In this document: in pieces, positions 60,598 through 64,000 of the stretch
Layout: every line of letters begins with the position of its first letter
Position numbering within the stretch: position 1 is the stretch's first letter
NCBI RefSeq assembly: GCF_007954355.1
Contig: NZ_VOLR01000011.1
Coordinates: forward strand, 32,620-96,619
DNA: 64,000 nucleotides
Reading direction: 5' to 3'
From: Colwellia hornerae
Lineage (GTDB): Bacteria > Pseudomonadota > Gammaproteobacteria > Enterobacterales > Alteromonadaceae
Notes under the pieces: generated by a model
Databases searched by the model: none
What the model was told of the DNA's origin: nothing
The model's input: the letters and a program-made list of their open reading frames with translations, nothing else
Made by a program: the position numbers and the translations under genes

Positions 60598-61107
60598 TTG
60601 AGTCTATTTATGAAAAGCTTTGCTGTTTTAATGCTTGTTATCTTCACCTCTTTTTTGCTAACAACACCCGCCGCAGCGATTAACGCTGATGATTTACCGA
60701 AATACAGTAAAGTCTATGATGACAAAAGTGATCCCTTTAAAGATGCGAATGCGGCAATTAAGCTCGCCCAACAAACTCAGCGCAATGTGCTAATTGAAAT
60801 TGGCGGCAACTGGTGCACTTGGTGTAAAAAAATGGATGCGTTTTTGGTTGAAAATCCAGAGGTTTATCAAAAGCTTCATAACGAGTTTGTTTTGTTAAAA
60901 GTAAGCGTTAGTGACAGTAATGAAAACGAAGCATTTATGAAATCGTTACCACCCGTTTTAGGCTATCCTCATATGTATGTCTCAACAAGCAGCGGTAAAA
61001 TGATTTTATCAAAAGATACCGCCGAATTGCTCGTTGGTGAACAATATTCTAAAAAACAGTGGTTAGCCTTTCTTAATAAATGGCAAAGCAGTGCGACAAA
61101 AGGGTAA
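60598..61107 (+). CDS. Secreted thioredoxin-fold protein (CxxC: WCTWCKKMD)
   Basis: Signal peptide and a single CXXC in a thioredoxin-like context. Confidence 0.65.
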   Translation: MSLFMKSFAVLMLVIFTSFLLTTPAAAINADDLPKYSKVYDDKSDPFKDANAAIKLAQQTQRNVLIEIGGNWCTWCKKMDAFLVENPEVYQKLHNEFVLLKVSVSDSNENEAFMKSLPPVLGYPHMYVSTSSGKMILSKDTAELLVGEQYSKKQWLAFLNKWQSSATKG

Positions 61108-61111
61108 ATAA

Positions 61112-61831
61112 ATGTCAGTGTCAGCATTAAATAAAATCAACAGCTTTTTTGATAAAAACTATCAAACACCTACGTGGTTATCACATAAATTTTCTCGTCG
61201 TAGATTATTGAAATCAGCAGCGGGAGCAACGGCAATCGCTACACTTCCTGCTTTGGCATTCAGTCAAAATGAGAAAGATAAATTACTGGAAACTTTGCAG
61301 GCTGATCCTTGGTTAACGCTGAATGCAGTGCTTGACCATTTGCTACCAGAATCGAGCAGTGGCCCAAGTGCGAAACAATTAAACGTTGTTATTTATTTAT
61401 ATAATGTTGTCTATCAACAACCGACAGAAAAAAGTGAAATTGACTTTATCTTTAAAGGTGTTGGTTGGTTAAATGGCTACACACAAAACCAATTACAAAA
61501 AACTTTCACTGAATTAAGTACAGTCGAAAAAGAAACCATGTTACGAGGTATTAGCGGCTCGAGAGCGGGAGAAAACTGGCTGAATAATCTATTGGGTTAT
61601 ATTTTTGAAGCCATGCTATCGCCACCTGCTTATGGGGGCAATCCAAAAGGTATGGGGTGGCAATGGTTAGAACACCAAGCGGGCTTCCCATTACCTGAAG
61701 TGGGCCAACGTTATTTCGAGTTACCTAAACGGTCAGTGGCCGGTGATAAAAGCGCCAATAACATCATTCAATCAAAAGACCTGTTAGCAAATAAAAAGTT
61801 GTCGACAGTTAAGGGAAGTAACAAAGCATGA
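61112..61831 (+). CDS. Gluconate 2-dehydrogenase subunit 3-family protein (Tat-exported small subunit of a GMC dehydrogenase)
   Basis: Twin-arginine signal SRRRLLKSAAGATAIATLPALA. Overlaps the downstream GMC gene by 4 bp. Confidence 0.7.
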   Translation: MSVSALNKINSFFDKNYQTPTWLSHKFSRRRLLKSAAGATAIATLPALAFSQNEKDKLLETLQADPWLTLNAVLDHLLPESSSGPSAKQLNVVIYLYNVVYQQPTEKSEIDFIFKGVGWLNGYTQNQLQKTFTELSTVEKETMLRGISGSRAGENWLNNLLGYIFEAMLSPPAYGGNPKGMGWQWLEHQAGFPLPEVGQRYFELPKRSVAGDKSANNIIQSKDLLANKKLSTVKGSNKA

Positions 61832-63537
61832 GTTTTGATATTTGCATAGTCGGCAGTGGTGCTGGGGCCTCACCTGTCGCTTATACGTTAGCGAAAGCGG
61901 GTGCTAAAGTATTAATACTGGAAAAAGGTCCGTGGTTAACCGAGAAAGAATTTTTCAAAGATGAATTAGCCATTAGTTTACGTGATTCCTATAACCCAAA
62001 ACTGGCTGATGAACAGCATGTTATTGAAGAGGAATATCAAACCGCTGACGGAGAAAACTATTGGCAAGGCGAGCCAACAAGTGAATCGGGTTGGAGCTTT
62101 TGGAACGGTAATGTTGTCGGTGGCTCATCTAACTTTATGAGCGGTTATTTTCATCGTTTAAAACCCGTAGATTTTAAATTAAAGTCAACCTTTGGTGATA
62201 TTGAAGGCGCTAATATTGTCGATTGGCCAATCAGCTACGACGAGCTTGAACCTTTTTATGCCCAAGTAGAACGAGATGTTGGTGTCTCGGGGAAAGTTGT
62301 TTCACATCCACACCAAGAGCCACGTTCAACGGATTTTCCTTACCCGCCATTAGTTGATCATCAAGTCTCAGACTGGATTGACAAAGCAGCAAAAAATATT
62401 GGCTATCATTCAATGCCCGTTCCTCGTGCCATCTTATCGACTCCAGCCATGGGACGAAAAAGCTGCGAATACTCAGGGTATTGTAGTAGTTATGGTTGTT
62501 CAACGGGCGCAAAAGGTAGTGGTCGAGCTGCTTTGTTAAACCATGCCGTGGCAACGGGAAATTTAACCATAAAAGCAAATGCTAAGGTTTATCATATAGC
62601 GAGTGATGATGAAGGTAAAATATCTGCCATTCATTATTACGACTCACAAGGTCGAGAGCAAACAGCAACAGCAAAAATTTATGTGGTGGCTTGCCAAGCG
62701 GTGGAGACATCACGTTTATTACTCGCTTCAAAAGGGAAAAAGTTTCCACAAGGGCTGGCGAACAATAGCGGGCAGGTCGGTAAAAACTTAGTGTTTAGCG
62801 GCGGTGGTACCGGCAAGGGTGACTTTTTGTTTGCTGATTTAACCACTGAAAAGCAAGCCCAATTAAAGCAAGTTGGCCCTTTTATAAATCGTGCTTTGCA
62901 AGACTGGTATCAAATTGACGATAAAAGTTTCTCTGGTGCTAATCAACAAGGTCAAGCGAAAGGCGGCACCATAGACTTTCTCTTTTATCAAAATCCTATT
63001 GCTCGTGCACAAGGGCAACAATTCAATGATGAAAATGAATTGGTGTGGGGCGAGCAATTACAGAAAAACTTAAAAGAAGAATTTACCTCCTATAAAACCT
63101 TACGTTTTGAAGTCTTTAATGACTGGTTACCCACCGACGATTGTTTTGTTAGTTTAGACACGGAAGTCACCGACAAATGGGGGCAAGCCGTTGCCAAGGT
63201 AAGAATTGGCGCACACCAGCACGATATGGTGGTTGGAGAGTATCTCGCTAAGAAAGGCGAGAAGTTGCTTGAAAGTATGGGCGCAAAAAATATTACTAGC
63301 TCTGTAAGTAGCTACCCACCAACAAACTTAATGGCTGGAGGTTGCCGGTTCGGTAATGACCCCAAAACCTCAGTATTGAATAAATACTGCCAAGCCCATG
63401 AAGTCAATAATTTATATGTTACCGATGGCTCATTTATGCCCACAGGGGGCAGTGTGCCTTACACATTTACCATTTATGCCAATGCCTTTCGAGTTGCAGA
63501 GCATATTAAACACCGTTGGCAGGAGTCTATTATTTAG
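61828..63537 (+). CDS. GMC-family FAD-dependent oxidoreductase (flavoprotein subunit)
   Basis: N-terminal Rossmann DICIVGSGAGASPVAYTLAKAGAKVLILEKG and C-terminal GMC block (NLYVTDGSFMPTGG). Confidence 0.85.
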   Translation: MSFDICIVGSGAGASPVAYTLAKAGAKVLILEKGPWLTEKEFFKDELAISLRDSYNPKLADEQHVIEEEYQTADGENYWQGEPTSESGWSFWNGNVVGGSSNFMSGYFHRLKPVDFKLKSTFGDIEGANIVDWPISYDELEPFYAQVERDVGVSGKVVSHPHQEPRSTDFPYPPLVDHQVSDWIDKAAKNIGYHSMPVPRAILSTPAMGRKSCEYSGYCSSYGCSTGAKGSGRAALLNHAVATGNLTIKANAKVYHIASDDEGKISAIHYYDSQGREQTATAKIYVVACQAVETSRLLLASKGKKFPQGLANNSGQVGKNLVFSGGGTGKGDFLFADLTTEKQAQLKQVGPFINRALQDWYQIDDKSFSGANQQGQAKGGTIDFLFYQNPIARAQGQQFNDENELVWGEQLQKNLKEEFTSYKTLRFEVFNDWLPTDDCFVSLDTEVTDKWGQAVAKVRIGAHQHDMVVGEYLAKKGEKLLESMGAKNITSSVSSYPPTNLMAGGCRFGNDPKTSVLNKYCQAHEVNNLYVTDGSFMPTGGSVPYTFTIYANAFRVAEHIKHRWQESII

Positions 63538-63778
63538 TCATTTTTTTATTAGGAGAGCGCTGAAAGGGGATAAAGGTATTCCCTTTTAGCTGTGTGATGA
63601 TTAGATGCTAACGAGGAGATAAACTTTTCAATGGCTAATTGATAAGTCTGATCTGAATTCGCTATTGCCACGTATTATTAATGGTTGTAAGAACAACCCA
63701 GTGTAATAAATTGCTAATCACAGCCAATATCATTATTACACTCAATGATTTTGTTCGAAATTGAGGAGTAATACAGTA

Positions 63779-64000
63779 TTGTTAGCACATAAACCGTTGG
63801 GCATTATATTTGATCTCGACAACACCTTGGTCTCTTCATCTTTAGATTTTGACAGTATAAGAGCTTCTTTAGGTTGTCCGAAAGGCATAGATTTATTAGA
63901 CTTTATTGATGCTTTACCCGCAAATCATCAAGTCGAAGCTAATGAGCTAGTAATAGAGTATGAAATTAATGATGCTCTGACGGCAAAGAAGTTGGCGGGC
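63779..64000 (+). CDS. HAD-superfamily hydrolase, N-terminal part (truncated by window end)
   Basis: My translation from the TTG at 63779 (GAGGAG upstream) gives LAHKPLGIIFDLDNTLVSSSLDF..., the HAD motif I DxDxT. Confidence 0.55.
   Translation, partial: MLAHKPLGIIFDLDNTLVSSSLDFDSIRASLGCPKGIDLLDFIDALPANHQVEANELVIEYEINDALTAKKLAG

Noticed and set aside
63540-63600. Possible terminator hairpin after the GMC oxidoreductase (gctgaaaggg...cccttttagc)
   Set aside because: The stem has a mismatch, and there is no convincing U-tract on either side. Left uncalled.
1-64000. CRISPR arrays, tRNA/rRNA genes, transposases/integrases
   Set aside because: No short regularly spaced repeats were found. The only tandem repeats are the 110-bp gene-end duplications. 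No tRNA-like cloverleaf signatures such as GTTCGAATCC were seen, and no recombinase-like ORFs.

Overview
The window reads as chromosomal DNA from an AT-rich marine gammaproteobacterium, judging by Alteromonadales-like gene content and E. coli-like synteny blocks (bioH-gntX/comF-nfuA, rph-pyrE, lexA with twin SOS boxes). I found no rRNA, tRNA, CRISPR array, transposase or integrase.

The core content is:
- a complete aa3-type cytochrome c oxidase biogenesis cluster: coxB-coxA-cox11-coxC-(DUF2909)-surf1-hypothetical-ctaA-cyoE-sco1;
- lexA, nfuA, comF, bioH, pyrE, rph, and a GMC dehydrogenase pair.

The accessory and signalling content is:
- a 1318-aa multi-PAS GGDEF-EAL protein;
- a TPR protein with a TolB-N-like module;
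- three secreted S8 subtilases with PPC tails;
- a split sensory pair (a Y_Y_Y propeller protein with a degenerate GGDEF, convergent with a 7TM-PAS-HK-REC-AraC hybrid kinase);
- an S9 peptidase and an M14 peptidase.

The most unusual locus is at 30300-39280. A YqiJ/NfeD-like membrane protein and a flotillin (SPFH) sit in an apparent operon with a 1.74-kaa uncharacterised protein. That protein has a C-terminal MoxR/dynein-like AAA+ module carrying a DD (not DE) Walker B, and is followed by a coiled-coil alpha/beta hydrolase. A tight three-gene operon of uncharacterised zinc-ribbon, membrane and unknown proteins lies divergently upstream.

I also see two separate cases where the 3' end of a gene is tandemly duplicated downstream of its stop codon: a 110-bp unit in three copies at the MYG1-family gene, and a degenerate copy after the Y_Y_Y gene. 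The third subtilase has a five-fold TDTIIWRMN peptide repeat at its C-terminus. A 43-bp palindrome lies in the nfuA/M14 divergent promoter region.
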